Shown piece after piece: positions 48,227 through 58,690 of a DNA stretch of 64,000 nucleotides. How positions within the stretch are numbered: position 1 is the stretch's first letter; the number at the start of each line of letters is the position of its first letter. The position numbers and the translations under genes were made by a program. The stretch is from a virus, in IMG/VR virus record IMGVR_UViG_3300029267_004179, positions 40,020-104,019 of that record; one strand, given 5' to 3'. The notes beneath the pieces are model-generated. The model was not told where the DNA came from and searched no databases. It was given only the letters and a program-made list of their open reading frames with translations.

Positions 48227-49096
48227 GTGAGGGTATTAATTGTTGACTGTTATGCTGTAGCACGTGCTGCTCAATATGTGAAATCTTCTATGCATATGAG
48301 GTATATTGACCAGCCTACAAATGTTATTTATGGATTCATAATTAAGATCATCTCAATTGCAGAGATTGCGCAGCCCGATGTTATAGCATTTGCTTGGGAC
48401 TCAAAGCATGGTATAGATGGCAGACTAAAAGCTTTCCCGGATTACAAAAAAGAAAGGATTAAAAAGAAGAAAACGAAGACTCCAGAGGAAATTGAATCTG
48501 ATAACTTTGCAAATCAGCAAATAGACTTGCTGAGGGATGAGATTTTGCGTTCTCTTGGTTTTTCAAATGTGTACTTTAAAGATGGATTTGAAGGGGATGA
48601 TATAGTAGCAAGCTTGGTATATTCAAATCCAGGTAATAAGTTTATTATTTTATCATCAGATAATGACTTTTATCAGCTTCTTGGAGATGATACACATATG
48701 ATACTTCCAGGCCAGGTTGTTTTTACCGAAAAATCATTGATGAAGAAATGGGGAGTTACGCCTGATGAGTGGGCTATTGTCAAATGTATAGCTGGATGTA
48801 AAGGCGATGAGGTGCCGGGAGTTGAAAGGGTAAAGGAAAAGACAGCTATCAAATTTTTACATGGCAAACTTAAAGAGACTACAAAAGCATATCAGAAGAT
48901 CATGGAAAGTGAAGAGTTGATAAAAAGGAACTTTGATCTTGTAGTTCTGCCGCTTGATGGTACTCCTGAGATAATAGTTAAGAAAGATAAAACTTTTAAG
49001 GCTAAAAATTATATGGATGTGATGAAAAGATTTGGCTTTATGAGTCTTATGACTGATGAAAGATTAAAGCGTTGGTTGAGGGTTATGAATGGCTAA
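48227..49096 (+). CDS. 5'-3' exonuclease / flap endonuclease
   Basis: LIVD, AWD, YK..R, EGDD, SSDNDFYQL and G...D.VPGV. Confidence 0.92.
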   Translation: MRVLIVDCYAVARAAQYVKSSMHMRYIDQPTNVIYGFIIKIISIAEIAQPDVIAFAWDSKHGIDGRLKAFPDYKKERIKKKKTKTPEEIESDNFANQQIDLLRDEILRSLGFSNVYFKDGFEGDDIVASLVYSNPGNKFIILSSDNDFYQLLGDDTHMILPGQVVFTEKSLMKKWGVTPDEWAIVKCIAGCKGDEVPGVERVKEKTAIKFLHGKLKETTKAYQKIMESEELIKRNFDLVVLPLDGTPEIIVKKDKTFKAKNYMDVMKRFGFMSLMTDERLKRWLRVMNG

Positions 49097-49613
49097 GAAA
49101 AATTTATCCAAAAAAAGTAAAACAGCTCTTCGGAATAAAAGAAGGGGCAAAGGTTTCCAGTCTACTTTGGCCAAACTTACAGGTGGCCGGAATATAGGAA
49201 CACTTGGTGGCGAAGATGTAGAGCATGATGAGTTTTCTTATGAAGCCAAGACTTTGAAAGGTGGCTTCATAGGAGATAGATGGCTTGCTGCTCTTGAATC
49301 TAAGATGGAAAACTGTAAAACTTGTGCAGTGATATGGTCAAATGGCTTGGGCCACCCAGCTCTTGCTATGTTAAGGTTTGATAATTGGGTTAATAGGAAT
49401 GACTGCACATATTTTTGTGCCAAAAAGATTACAAAGAGATTTAAAGGTGCAAAGATGTTTGATCAATGTGTAAAAAACTGCCCAGCCGGTAAGACTCCGG
49501 TTGTTGTGGTCCATTCAGTTGGGCAGTATCATAAAAATGACATAGTTGTGATCCAGTATGATGATTTAGCAAAGCTTGTTTGTCTAAGAGTATCGAAGAA
49601 AGTAAAAATATGA
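49089..49613 (+). CDS. PD-(D/E)xK nuclease, putative Holliday junction resolvase
   Basis: KRRGK.F, GG.DV and YEAK; C-terminal subdomain appears duplicated. Confidence 0.6.
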   Translation: MAKKNLSKKSKTALRNKRRGKGFQSTLAKLTGGRNIGTLGGEDVEHDEFSYEAKTLKGGFIGDRWLAALESKMENCKTCAVIWSNGLGHPALAMLRFDNWVNRNDCTYFCAKKITKRFKGAKMFDQCVKNCPAGKTPVVVVHSVGQYHKNDIVVIQYDDLAKLVCLRVSKKVKI

Positions 49614-50701
49614 TCAAGCACATAAGGCTTAAATATTTTCAAGGGTATAAAGACTCTACATTTGAATTTACTCCTGGTATTAATACAATTATAGGGGTTA
49701 CCCAATCAGGCAAAACATCCCTACCAAGAGCTATTGATTTGGTGAATAGGAATAGGCCTTTTGGGTTTCAGTATAACCATAATTATTCAGATAACAATGC
49801 CACTGAGGTTGAGATCGGAACTGTTGAAGGAGATGTGGTTTCAATTGAAAAAAGTAAAACTAATAACAATTCAGTCTCAACTATATACAAGGCAAATGGA
49901 GAAAGGTTCAAAGGCAAGGTAGTGCCTGACATGGTCAGCTCTATCCTCAACCTTGGTGATTTGAACTATCAGAACCAACTTGAAGCAAGAAAACTATCAT
50001 TATCCACTCCTGGGGATATTGCCAAGATAATAAATAAGGCAGTCAAGGCAGAGCAGTCTCATATGATGATAAAAGCAGCCAATTCAAAGATTGACTCTAT
50101 GAAGGCTGAATGTAAAGTCCATAAGAAGGATATAGAACGTGATGAAGCAAGGCTTGTAGATTTTGAAGGGCTTGATCAAGTAAGTGTTATGATAGCTGAC
50201 GCAGAGGAATTATCAGATGAAAAAGTAAAACTTATCGATGAACTTCAGTCTATATCTGAACTCATAGAAGATTGGTATGATTCTGATGAGGATGAGCATC
50301 GATATTCAGATTTGCCAAAGATACAAAAGTCCATTGGGAGGCTTGAGTTTAAAATAGATAATTATAAAACTTTATCCGCTGATAAAAATAGCTTGGATGA
50401 GCTGGTCAATGAACATAACAAGGCAAGCTCAGCATCAGATATCAAAGTAGACACAATAAGCAAGCTGATATCCGATGCTGAAGAAATTATAGACAGTATA
50501 GACAATTTGGAGGAAATAGGTGATGAACTATGTAATTTGTTTGATGCCATAGACAGAGTTGATGAAACATCCGGAAAGTCAGCCAATGCGTCAGGTAAAT
50601 TAAAGGATGAACTGTTAAAGCTTGGTAAGTGCCCATTTTGTGATACTAAAATTACCAAGAAGAAAGCATTGGAGGTCATTAGAAAATATGAAGTTTGTTA
50701 G
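49610..50701 (+). CDS. Rad50/SbcC N-terminal half (Walker A, Q-loop, coiled coil, Zn hook)
   Basis: I.L..FQ...D...EF..G.N.I.G..QSGKT; QNQL; CPFC. Confidence 0.88.
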   Translation: MIKHIRLKYFQGYKDSTFEFTPGINTIIGVTQSGKTSLPRAIDLVNRNRPFGFQYNHNYSDNNATEVEIGTVEGDVVSIEKSKTNNNSVSTIYKANGERFKGKVVPDMVSSILNLGDLNYQNQLEARKLSLSTPGDIAKIINKAVKAEQSHMMIKAANSKIDSMKAECKVHKKDIERDEARLVDFEGLDQVSVMIADAEELSDEKVKLIDELQSISELIEDWYDSDEDEHRYSDLPKIQKSIGRLEFKIDNYKTLSADKNSLDELVNEHNKASSASDIKVDTISKLISDAEEIIDSIDNLEEIGDELCNLFDAIDRVDETSGKSANASGKLKDELLKLGKCPFCDTKITKKKALEVIRKYEVC

Positions 50702-51641
50702 TTTAAGCGACATACATTTGGTCACTGCTAATCCTGTTGCGAGAAAAGATAATATTTTGGATACTCAAAATTTGAAGCTGGAATATGCTTTTGAGTTTGC
50801 CGCAGATACCGGCTCATCTATACTTCAAGCAGGTGATTTTCCTGATTCCCCAAGAAGCTGGCATTTGCTGCCAATGCTTATAAGGATGATTCAGAAGCAT
50901 GGAGTTCAGATATTTGGCGTGTACGGCCAACATGATACATACCTATATTCAGAGGAATTAAGGCATGCAACTACTCTTGGTGTGCTTAACCACATAGGCC
51001 TTATCAACATAGTTGATGATGAGCCGTATGAAGCGGAGCCGGGAACTTTTATTACAGGTGTCAGTTTTGGCGGTGAAGTGCCAAAGCCTGTTGAAGGTGC
51101 AGATTTGAATATTCTGGTTATTCACAAAGGGATATCAAACGCCCCACTATGGCCTGGTCATAAGTATACAAAGGCAAGTTCTTTCCTCAAAAAGCACAAA
51201 TATGACTTTATTCTGTGCGGCGATATTCACAAGAAGTTCATTAACAGGTCAAAAGGCAGGATTATCTGCAATACTGGACCTATGTTAAGGATTGAGGCTA
51301 CTGATGAGATGCTTACTCATAAACCAGGGTTTTATGTTTATGATACAGAAGATCGCAGCATCCAATGGGAAGAGATACCACATCTACCATCTTCAGAAGT
51401 GCTTTCCAGAGACCATATAGAGTCAAGGCTGAGAGCAGAGGAAGCAGCAGAGGAGTTTTCCTCTGGCATTAAGCAAATGCTCAAAGAGGACGGCTATGAC
51501 TTTGTTACTGATAAAGATAAGTATAGTTTTATAGATACACTTCATAATATTATACAGTCAGGAAGTCTTGAAGATGAAATAACTAAAATTTTGATTGAGA
51601 TAGCGGGTGAAATCGATGACACCAGAGCAAAAACTGATTAG
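50688..51641 (+). CDS. Mre11/SbcD metallophosphoesterase nuclease
   Basis: SDIH, AGD, GQHD, GDIH and NTG. Confidence 0.9.
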   Translation: MKFVSLSDIHLVTANPVARKDNILDTQNLKLEYAFEFAADTGSSILQAGDFPDSPRSWHLLPMLIRMIQKHGVQIFGVYGQHDTYLYSEELRHATTLGVLNHIGLINIVDDEPYEAEPGTFITGVSFGGEVPKPVEGADLNILVIHKGISNAPLWPGHKYTKASSFLKKHKYDFILCGDIHKKFINRSKGRIICNTGPMLRIEATDEMLTHKPGFYVYDTEDRSIQWEEIPHLPSSEVLSRDHIESRLRAEEAAEEFSSGIKQMLKEDGYDFVTDKDKYSFIDTLHNIIQSGSLEDEITKILIEIAGEIDDTRAKTD

Positions 51642-51867
51642 TTTGAAGGATATCGCAGAGTCACTGATAACAAAGGTAGCAATAGCCAAGTCTGAAAAGG
51701 CAAAGATTATCAAGAATCTGCAGAAAAGGCACAATATTAAGACTATAGATGCAGCTATTGCCAGAGCAGATGAAATATCAGAACAACTTCCCGAACTTGA
51801 AAAGAGCCTAAGCACTCTTGTTGATGACATAGAGCTTAGGTTGAAGAGGATTGAGGATGAGCAATAA
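51616..51867 (+). CDS. Small coiled-coil protein (possible Rad50 arm fragment)
   Basis: Heptad-rich; lies between Mre11 and the Rad50 C-half. Confidence 0.6.
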   Translation: MTPEQKLISLKDIAESLITKVAIAKSEKAKIIKNLQKRHNIKTIDAAIARADEISEQLPELEKSLSTLVDDIELRLKRIEDEQ

Positions 51868-52492
51868 TTTATCTGCTTTAAAGGAAAAATATATAAAGCT
51901 TGAGTCTTCCCGTCAGTCTATCCAAGATTCTATAGGTCATAAGACAGAAAGGATAGCTATACTGGATAAAAGAATAATGGACTATATCCAAGCAAGGTCC
52001 ATTGTTTCTGAAATTGCCCAAGCAACAGTAGGGAAGTTTTTGGCTAATATTGAGAAGATTATATCCAGTGCATTAACTTCTGTTTTTGAAAAACCACTAC
52101 AACTTAAACTTGACTTCAAAGAAAAGGCCAACAGACTACAATGCAAATCCATTATCATAGATAATGGTTATGAATATGATCCACGCTATGATAAAGGCGG
52201 AGGTATGCTTGATATACTTGATTTTGCATTTCGTATTGTCTTTTGGGCTATAGAAAGGCCAAGGAGAAGGAACTTAATCATATTAGATGAGCCCTTTACC
52301 GGCTTAGGTGTAAAAGCAGTAGAAGCAGCTATAATGCTTAAACACTTATCCAAAGCAGTATCAGAGGCGTTGAAAACAGAGCCATTACAGATAATCATAT
52401 TGACTCATATAATTGAATTGATGCAGGTATCTGATACCTGTTATAATGTGACTAATGACGGAACTACGAGTACAATCAAAAGACTAAAGTGA
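51857..52492 (+). CDS. Rad50/SbcC C-terminal half (signature, Walker B, H-loop)
   Basis: KGGG..D...FA.R, LIILDEPF and IILTH. Confidence 0.88.
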   Translation: MSNNLSALKEKYIKLESSRQSIQDSIGHKTERIAILDKRIMDYIQARSIVSEIAQATVGKFLANIEKIISSALTSVFEKPLQLKLDFKEKANRLQCKSIIIDNGYEYDPRYDKGGGMLDILDFAFRIVFWAIERPRRRNLIILDEPFTGLGVKAVEAAIMLKHLSKAVSEALKTEPLQIIILTHIIELMQVSDTCYNVTNDGTTSTIKRLK

Positions 52493-52764
52493 TTCAAATG
52501 GCTACATATGTTTACACTTTTAGTTGTAATTGCTTAGTACCAACATCAAAAAGGCTACCAAGAAACCAGAAAGGACGCAAGGCTTGCCCTATTCATGATA
52601 CAGCAGTTGTCAGTATTGAGAAGCTTTGCTCATGTTGTAAGTCGGCTACAGTACACCACACCAATTATTTCCTATGTATAGATTGCTTCAGAAAACCAAC
52701 CAACCCATTTGATGAGGAAGGTGAACTTCCATGGCCAAATCTCAGCAGCAGCAGCTCTTCTTAA
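52489..52764 (+). CDS. Cys-rich hypothetical protein
   Basis: C.C..CP.H..CSCC..CIDC. Confidence 0.55.
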   Translation: MIQMATYVYTFSCNCLVPTSKRLPRNQKGRKACPIHDTAVVSIEKLCSCCKSATVHHTNYFLCIDCFRKPTNPFDEEGELPWPNLSSSSSS

Positions 52765-52928
52765 TAGTGTTATTTTAACGGTCAGTTTATTAGTTAAAAT
52801 GGTGCTATAGTATTCTATTAAGTGCCTTTCAAAATACTTCTAATTTTTTCAAATAAAAAAAGTCTTTATTTAAATATAAATTTTTTATATATTACTCCTT
52901 ATGCTTTCATATTATAGGAGGGAACTGT

Positions 52929-53513
52929 ATGGAGAGGATTAGGAGACCAACAAGAGCTGATACGAGAGTGCCAAGGAAACCAGGTAGGAAGAAGGGGCAA
53001 ACTGCTGGTATAACATGGCGTAGGCAATTGTTCATTAATGCTTATTGTGAAATGGTAGTACCAAGTGTCTATGCTGCTTTCAAGAAGGCAGGGTATAGGG
53101 CAAGGGGTGCTCCAGGTAGGGTTGCAGCTTGGAAGGTGAGGTGGCAACCTGATGTAGCTGAGGCTATTAGGGAACGTCAGCTGAGGATGAGGGCTGAATC
53201 GGAGCTGACTGAGAGGGATATTCTTGAGGAGTTGAAGAAGATAGCCACTATAGATGTCAGGAACCTGTATAATGGTGACGGGTCACTAAAGGCTTTGCAT
53301 GAGATTGATGATTATACTGCCGCTGCTATAGCTGGTGTTGATATAGCTATTAACAAGGAAGGTGAGGCCTATATTAGGAAGGTTAAGACGTGCGACAGGC
53401 AAAAGGCCTTGTTAATGTATGGCAAGCATTTAGGCATGTTTACTCCTGATAGGACAAGTGATAATCAAGGTGCTCCGGTTGAGCTGATAATTGAGGAAGA
53501 CAAGGATGACTGA
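52929..53513 (+). CDS. terS: Terminase small subunit
   Basis: RQLF..AY, A..KAGY, L.EL.KIA, DG.LK, D..KAL...GKHLGMF. Confidence 0.88.
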   Translation: MERIRRPTRADTRVPRKPGRKKGQTAGITWRRQLFINAYCEMVVPSVYAAFKKAGYRARGAPGRVAAWKVRWQPDVAEAIRERQLRMRAESELTERDILEELKKIATIDVRNLYNGDGSLKALHEIDDYTAAAIAGVDIAINKEGEAYIRKVKTCDRQKALLMYGKHLGMFTPDRTSDNQGAPVELIIEEDKDD

Positions 53514-54837
53514 TAATGTGACACCTAATAGGACAAGATATCTTGCCCGGTCTCATCAGATGAAAGTAATCAGGTCAACTAAGCGCAATATATTTATGGG
53601 TGGTGGAGTAGGGTGTGGCAAAACAGATGCAGGATCACTTTGGGTGGTTAAACAAGTGAAGAAAACACCAAAAGGTGTAATAGGAATAGTAGCTGCAAAC
53701 TCATATAGTCAGCTAATAGATTCAACCCTAAGAAACCTGTACAAAAACTTCAGAAGCTGGAACATACCTATTTCCCCGTCAGAACCACCTACAAGGCATC
53801 ATCCTGTCAATTTAAGAGTATGGAATGGAGTAAACTGGATAGAGATTATTTGCCGATCTTTGGACAACTATGCATTGCTATCTGGTGTCGAAGTAGGATG
53901 GACTTGGACAGATGAATGCTGGATGACTAAAAGAGAAGCCATTGACATCCTATTTGCCAGATTAAGGGACAGGAGGATGGAGAACCAAATGCTATTTACA
54001 ACCACTCTTGATGACCCTTCCTCCTGGATGTATGAATTATTTGTGGACAACTTTGATGAAGATATCATGGAAGTCTTATATGCCACAACTTTTGATAATG
54101 AAAAGAACTTGGCAAAGGGTTATATATCCACTTTGCAAAGGTTGTATGATAGAAGACTTTATAAGAGAATGGTGCTGTCTAAATGGGTATCCCTTACAGG
54201 TGAGCAAATATATCACTCTTTTGACCGGACTAAGCACAGTAATGAAATAGCCGAATTTGACCCAAATTTACCTATACTTTGGAGTCATGATTTCAATATT
54301 GGGGTTGGAAAGCCAATGTCCTCTTGTCTATGCCAGATGAAGAATGGTGAGTCTCCAAGCGGTATATTTAGGCCGGAACTTCATGTATTTGATGAAATCA
54401 TATTAGATGGGACAAGAACACAAGGGGCAATAGAAGAGTTCCAGTCTTCAGACTATTACAGGAAGGGCTTATCAGGCGTTGTGATCTATGGAGATGCTAC
54501 TGGAAGGCATAGGGATACCCGAAGTAATAGGACTGATTATACACTGCTGGAAAACGAAGGATTCACAGATCAGAAAGTCCCAACAAAGAATCCTCCTATT
54601 AGAAGCAGGCATAATGCTGTTAACTCTTTGTTGCAGAATCAAGAGGGTGATGTTAGATTGATAGTGCACCCAAGATGCAAGACTATTTTGAAAGGGTTGG
54701 AAACAGTTCATATTAAGAAGGGTGCTCAATATATAGAGGAGGAAACCAGGGAGCAACACGTCACAACTGCATTAGGGTATTTAGTGAATCGTGAGTTCCC
54801 AATAGAAAGGCCTATGGCTGTAAGCCAAGAGGTATGA
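53506..54837 (+). CDS. terL: Terminase large subunit
   Basis: GGVGCGKT, W.DE, ARLR, TTT, DFN, YGDATG and H..TALGY. Confidence 0.92.
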   Translation: MTDNVTPNRTRYLARSHQMKVIRSTKRNIFMGGGVGCGKTDAGSLWVVKQVKKTPKGVIGIVAANSYSQLIDSTLRNLYKNFRSWNIPISPSEPPTRHHPVNLRVWNGVNWIEIICRSLDNYALLSGVEVGWTWTDECWMTKREAIDILFARLRDRRMENQMLFTTTLDDPSSWMYELFVDNFDEDIMEVLYATTFDNEKNLAKGYISTLQRLYDRRLYKRMVLSKWVSLTGEQIYHSFDRTKHSNEIAEFDPNLPILWSHDFNIGVGKPMSSCLCQMKNGESPSGIFRPELHVFDEIILDGTRTQGAIEEFQSSDYYRKGLSGVVIYGDATGRHRDTRSNRTDYTLLENEGFTDQKVPTKNPPIRSRHNAVNSLLQNQEGDVRLIVHPRCKTILKGLETVHIKKGAQYIEEETREQHVTTALGYLVNREFPIERPMAVSQEV

Positions 54838-54851
54838 TATTGGAGGTAATT

Positions 54852-56297
54852 ATGAAAGCTGAAAATTCTGTTAATGTGCCGACTGAAGACTATTTAACCT
54901 ATATGGCTCATTTAAGCCCTGTCTTGTCATTGCTTAGTGGGACAAGAGGCATGAGAGAAGCCGGTGAGATGCTGTTGCCAAGATCAGAGGGGGAATCAGA
55001 GAAGGGTTATGCAGCAAGGCTTAAAAGGTCATTTTTGAAAAACTATTTCAGAAGGACGTTGCAAAAGATGACAGGAGAAGTGTTGTCTAAAAAGATTGTT
55101 GTGAATCCTCAGAGTAGTTCTAAAGAAATTGACTTGATTGTAGCAGATGTTGATCAGCTTGGGAATGATATAACAAGGTTTTCAGGACCTGTATTGTTAA
55201 GTGGTATAGCAGATGGCTTCACAGCAGTTCAAGTTGACTATCCGGATGTCAAAAAAGTCGAGAAGGATGGTATCTTGTACTATAATGATGAAGATGGCCC
55301 TGATCCTGGGTGGAAGCAATTTACTGCTGAGGTTGAGCAAGCAAAAGGCTGGAGGCCATATTTTATTCATATCAAATCTAAGAACATCATAGGAGGTAGG
55401 GCTGAACTTGTTGATGGGAAAATAGTGATAAAACAACTTAGGATCAAAGAATATTCAGATGAACCTGCTGGCAGCTATGGGACAAAGAGGGCTGAGCATA
55501 TCCGTGTTCTTGAGCCAGGCAAGTGGGAGTTATATGAAGAAATCAAAGATGCTAAAGGGCAAAAAACATGGGAAGTAATAAAAAGCGGAACAACGGCGCT
55601 TAACTATATTCCTGTTCATTTTTACAAAACTGGCGAAGCACTATCATTACTTACCAACAAACCTCCATTAGAAGATTTGGCAGACATGAATATATGCCAC
55701 TGGCAGTCAAGTAGTGACCAACGCAATATTTTGCATTACTCAAGATTTGCTATGTGGTTCGGGAAGATGCTACCTATAGATGGGACCGGCAAAGTTAAGT
55801 TTGGGGGCAATAGGCTTTTACTTGGCAAAGACCCAGAAAGTGATTTAAAAGTTGTAGAGCATACAGGGAAAGCAATTGAGGCTGGACGGAATGATCTGAA
55901 GGATTTGGAAGAAGGTATGGCGATGTACGGCTTGACATTCATGATGCCAAAGACTGGTAATATAACAGCAACAAGTCATGCAATTGATAGTAGTGAAAAT
56001 GATAGCTCTTTAAAGCTTTGGGCACTGCAATATCAGGACTTTCTGAAGAGCTGCTTTGAAACGGCGTTGGATTTTATGGGGGCTGAAAGTGAAGTGATAG
56101 TTGAGGTGAACACAGATTTCAAGTCATTTCTGGAAGATGTATCAGTTCAAGCACTGCTTAAAGGATTTGAAAAGGGGCTGTTCCCAAGGGAGTTGGTATT
56201 TGATGAGTATAAAAGAAGAGGCATCATCCATAGTGAAACAGATTTTGTTGACGTTTTGGCTATGATAGAAGACGATTTGAGATCAAGTACTGTTTAA
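54852..56297 (+). CDS. Portal protein (DUF4055-like)
   Basis: G...MR.AGE..LP...E....Y..RL; PPL.DLA..N..HWQ..SD; follows TerL. Confidence 0.85.
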   Translation: MKAENSVNVPTEDYLTYMAHLSPVLSLLSGTRGMREAGEMLLPRSEGESEKGYAARLKRSFLKNYFRRTLQKMTGEVLSKKIVVNPQSSSKEIDLIVADVDQLGNDITRFSGPVLLSGIADGFTAVQVDYPDVKKVEKDGILYYNDEDGPDPGWKQFTAEVEQAKGWRPYFIHIKSKNIIGGRAELVDGKIVIKQLRIKEYSDEPAGSYGTKRAEHIRVLEPGKWELYEEIKDAKGQKTWEVIKSGTTALNYIPVHFYKTGEALSLLTNKPPLEDLADMNICHWQSSSDQRNILHYSRFAMWFGKMLPIDGTGKVKFGGNRLLLGKDPESDLKVVEHTGKAIEAGRNDLKDLEEGMAMYGLTFMMPKTGNITATSHAIDSSENDSSLKLWALQYQDFLKSCFETALDFMGAESEVIVEVNTDFKSFLEDVSVQALLKGFEKGLFPRELVFDEYKRRGIIHSETDFVDVLAMIEDDLRSSTV

Positions 56298-56300
56298 TAT

Positions 56301-56329
56301 TTGATGAACCTTGTTGCTGTTTCTATAAT
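56301..56329 (+). promoter_or_regulatory. Sigma-70-like promoter
   Basis: TTGATG-17 nt-TATAAT ahead of the accessory block. Confidence 0.55.
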
Positions 56330-56391
56330 AATATAGGATATAAAGTTTTATAATTTACATAGAATGGCCAGCCTATAATAGGGGGATCAAT

Positions 56392-56679
56392 ATGAAACAG
56401 GAAATTAAAAAATTTGCTGAGAGGGTAGAATCTCTTTTAATAAGGAAATATCATTCATCCTCACGAATCGGTATAAACTTCGGTAAGAAGTATGCCAAGT
56501 TAATTCATACTTCTTTCGAAACAACCCAAACAGTCTTTTGTTTTGTAGTTATTGAAACAGGAGATATCTTAAAACCTGCCAATTGGAAAACCCCGACAAA
56601 AGGTTTACGTGGCAATATTAATGATGAGCACAAAGGAATGTCATGGGTCACACCTACCGGTATTCGCTCAAAAAGATAA
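56392..56679 (+). CDS. Common phage hypothetical protein
   Basis: GKKY.K..V.CFV...GDILKPA.WK.P.KG.RGNI. Confidence 0.7.
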   Translation: MKQEIKKFAERVESLLIRKYHSSSRIGINFGKKYAKLIHTSFETTQTVFCFVVIETGDILKPANWKTPTKGLRGNINDEHKGMSWVTPTGIRSKR

Positions 56680-56704
56680 TCAACTAAAGTAAAGGTAGGT
56701 TGTT

Positions 56705-57283
56705 ATGAAAGTTGCAAAGCTTTTCAGGAACTTGATCGAAAACCAACAATTCATCAATTGGAAGACTTATGATTTGGTTTGCCAATCAATAAAGAAATGG
56801 CACAATATATGTTATCATTTCGGTGAAGACCGTCGGGCTTTTAACTGCTCATTATGTCTTGAGTATCAGGAAGTGCAACAGGGCAATTGTTGGGAGCTTT
56901 GTCCTCTTTCAGTAGTTATGGAAGAACATTGTAATGATGACAGCTCTGTATGGAAGAAATGGTTTAGTCATAATATGGAGCATTATCAGTATGTTTATCC
57001 TGATATTGATATTGTAGGAGATGTAAATAGAGTCGTGCCTAATTGCAGTATTTGTCTTGAGCTGGCAGAAAAAATGCTTTTTACCCTCGTCATGCTGAAC
57101 ACCCTTATATTTGTGGGACTAAGCCATCATGGGAAAGCAACTGCAATCGAAAGGCGTACTCCTCCAGAAATGCAGAAACATCATCTTTGTGTTGCTATGG
57201 AACTAATGATGGCAAGAATGGAACTAATGATGGCAAGAAGTGAGATGGACAAGGTGTTTTGTGATACCAAAAAAGGTAGGTAA
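56705..57283 (+). CDS. Cys-rich hypothetical protein (paralog of 59773-60357)
   Basis: QSI.KW.NI..H.G.D....NC.LC..C..CPL..C; internal 21-bp tandem duplication. Confidence 0.7.
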   Translation: MKVAKLFRNLIENQQFINWKTYDLVCQSIKKWHNICYHFGEDRRAFNCSLCLEYQEVQQGNCWELCPLSVVMEEHCNDDSSVWKKWFSHNMEHYQYVYPDIDIVGDVNRVVPNCSICLELAEKMLFTLVMLNTLIFVGLSHHGKATAIERRTPPEMQKHHLCVAMELMMARMELMMARSEMDKVFCDTKKGR

Positions 57284-57285
57284 TA

Positions 57286-57528
57286 ATGGATAAATTATGT
57301 CTGTGGTGTGATAACTTCCATATGGACCCCGGATGCGATGATTATCCCGAATATACGCCGGGAGACCTTGCGGAAGTCTCTTGTTCTAAAGGTCGCTATT
57401 CATTAGTAGATTATATTACAAGGGAGGAGTATTCAAAGGCGATATTAACTGCTGTTGACTGTAATGACTTTTACCTTGATCCTGCCGTTAAAAATCTTCT
57501 AATGGAGAAGGGTATTTTGTGGGGGTGA
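57286..57528 (+). CDS. Small Cys-containing protein
   Basis: CLWC..C.KG..A.DC.DF. Confidence 0.6.
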   Translation: MDKLCLWCDNFHMDPGCDDYPEYTPGDLAEVSCSKGRYSLVDYITREEYSKAILTAVDCNDFYLDPAVKNLLMEKGILWG

Positions 57529-57532
57529 TTGA

Positions 57533-57748
57533 ATGAGTGCCATTTGGGTACATGAAGTTTGTGGTAATGCTCCTGTACACCCTGAAACTCTTATATGTAT
57601 GAAGTGCCAAACACCTGTTTTTCTGGAGGAGTGCAATAAGTGGCAGGTGTCGGATGAGTGGGTTAGTAACCACCCAGCCGCATCTATATATCTGGTGGAT
57701 GTGTCAGGAATGAGGGATAAAGCAAATGAAGATAAAACAGATAGATGA
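57533..57748 (+). CDS. Small Zn-ribbon protein
   Basis: H..CG..C.KC. Confidence 0.5.
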   Translation: MSAIWVHEVCGNAPVHPETLICMKCQTPVFLEECNKWQVSDEWVSNHPAASIYLVDVSGMRDKANEDKTDR

Positions 57749-58100
57749 AAAAAATAAGATGGATTTAATAAAACATTTAACCCGGCACAAAGAATTTTCT
57801 GAAAAAACCTTTGGGCCAGGGAACAGAACATTGGGTCTTTGTAATCACATTGCAAAGGAGTTGGAGGAAATAAAGTCCTCCCCTTTCGATCTTATGGAAT
57901 GGATTGATGTTGTGATTTTGGGTTTTGATGGTGCTTGGAGAGCCGGTTTCACACCTGAAGAGATTGCAAAGGCGTTAGAGGTTAAGCAGTCTATCAACAA
58001 GGAAAGAGAGTGGCCCGATTGGAGGACAGCAGAATCAGGGAAGCCCATAGAGCATATTCGCACAGTGAAAAGTGAAGGGAAAGTGAATAATGGGTTGTGA
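57726..58100 (+). CDS. DUF550 dATP/dGTP pyrophosphohydrolase
   Basis: FS.KTFGPG.R..G...HI.KEL.EI, EWIDVVIL..DGAWRAG and N..REWPDWR. Confidence 0.9.
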   Translation: MKIKQIDEKNKMDLIKHLTRHKEFSEKTFGPGNRTLGLCNHIAKELEEIKSSPFDLMEWIDVVILGFDGAWRAGFTPEEIAKALEVKQSINKEREWPDWRTAESGKPIEHIRTVKSEGKVNNGL

Positions 58101-58308
58101 ATTTTCAGACAGAGTAAGAGCGTTTAAAATAAAGATGGTGCAAGAGTTGTTTGACCAACTTACCGAAAGTGACAAGCAAGCATTTGTCTGAACATATGGT
58201 GACATAAACAAGATTCCAGAGGATAAAACATACCGAATTTATTACCACTGCAAAAGAGCATTGAACCACCGGGCAGCCATTGCCACTAAGGCGAAAGGAA
58301 GGAAATAA
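58090..58308 (+). pseudogene. 72-codon gene interrupted by an in-frame TGA (58189)
   Basis: MGCEF..QAFV*TYGDINKIPEDK..; overlaps the upstream stop and ends 6 nt before the next start. Confidence 0.55.
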
Positions 58309-58314
58309 TGAAAA

Positions 58315-58659
58315 ATGGAAATTCAAGCAGAAAAAAAAGTCTGGGTTGCCTGGACGAACACAGATCGTAATGAGGGGCGAGGGTCCGAAATCCCTCTTGC
58401 GGTCTGTGAAACCAGAACAACCGCCGAGCGTATCGGCAAGGCGGGCGGAGTCCAGGGTCATGACTGTAAGGTTACCGAGGAAACCGCAATAAAGGTAGAT
58501 AACCGCTGGCTTGTCCCGGTCATAGTCGGAATCCAGGAAGCAACTGACGAAGATATTCGAAAAGAGAAAGCGGAAAAGCGCCTTTCCGCCACTTTAAAAA
58601 AAGCCAAAGACGCAGGCTTGTCAAGGGAAGAGATAGAAATTTTAAAAGGAAGTGGATGA
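58315..58659 (+). CDS. Phage hypothetical protein
   Basis: VAWTNTD..EGRG...AVC...TA.R.GK..GVQG..C. Confidence 0.7.
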   Translation: MEIQAEKKVWVAWTNTDRNEGRGSEIPLAVCETRTTAERIGKAGGVQGHDCKVTEETAIKVDNRWLVPVIVGIQEATDEDIRKEKAEKRLSATLKKAKDAGLSREEIEILKGSG

Positions 58660-58690
58660 ACCCCATTGCCGGAAAGGAGAGGATATAAAA

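Noticed and set aside
24592-54837. Inteins or introns in helicase, DnaE, RecA or terminase
   Set aside because: Motif spacing is normal; no C...HN splice junctions or homing-endonuclease motifs; the extra length of DnaE is the UDG domain.
57726-58100. DUF550 as evidence of a 2-aminoadenine (Z) genome
   Set aside because: No PurZ or DatZ-like gene is in the window; DUF550 is widespread on its own and lies far from the modification cluster.
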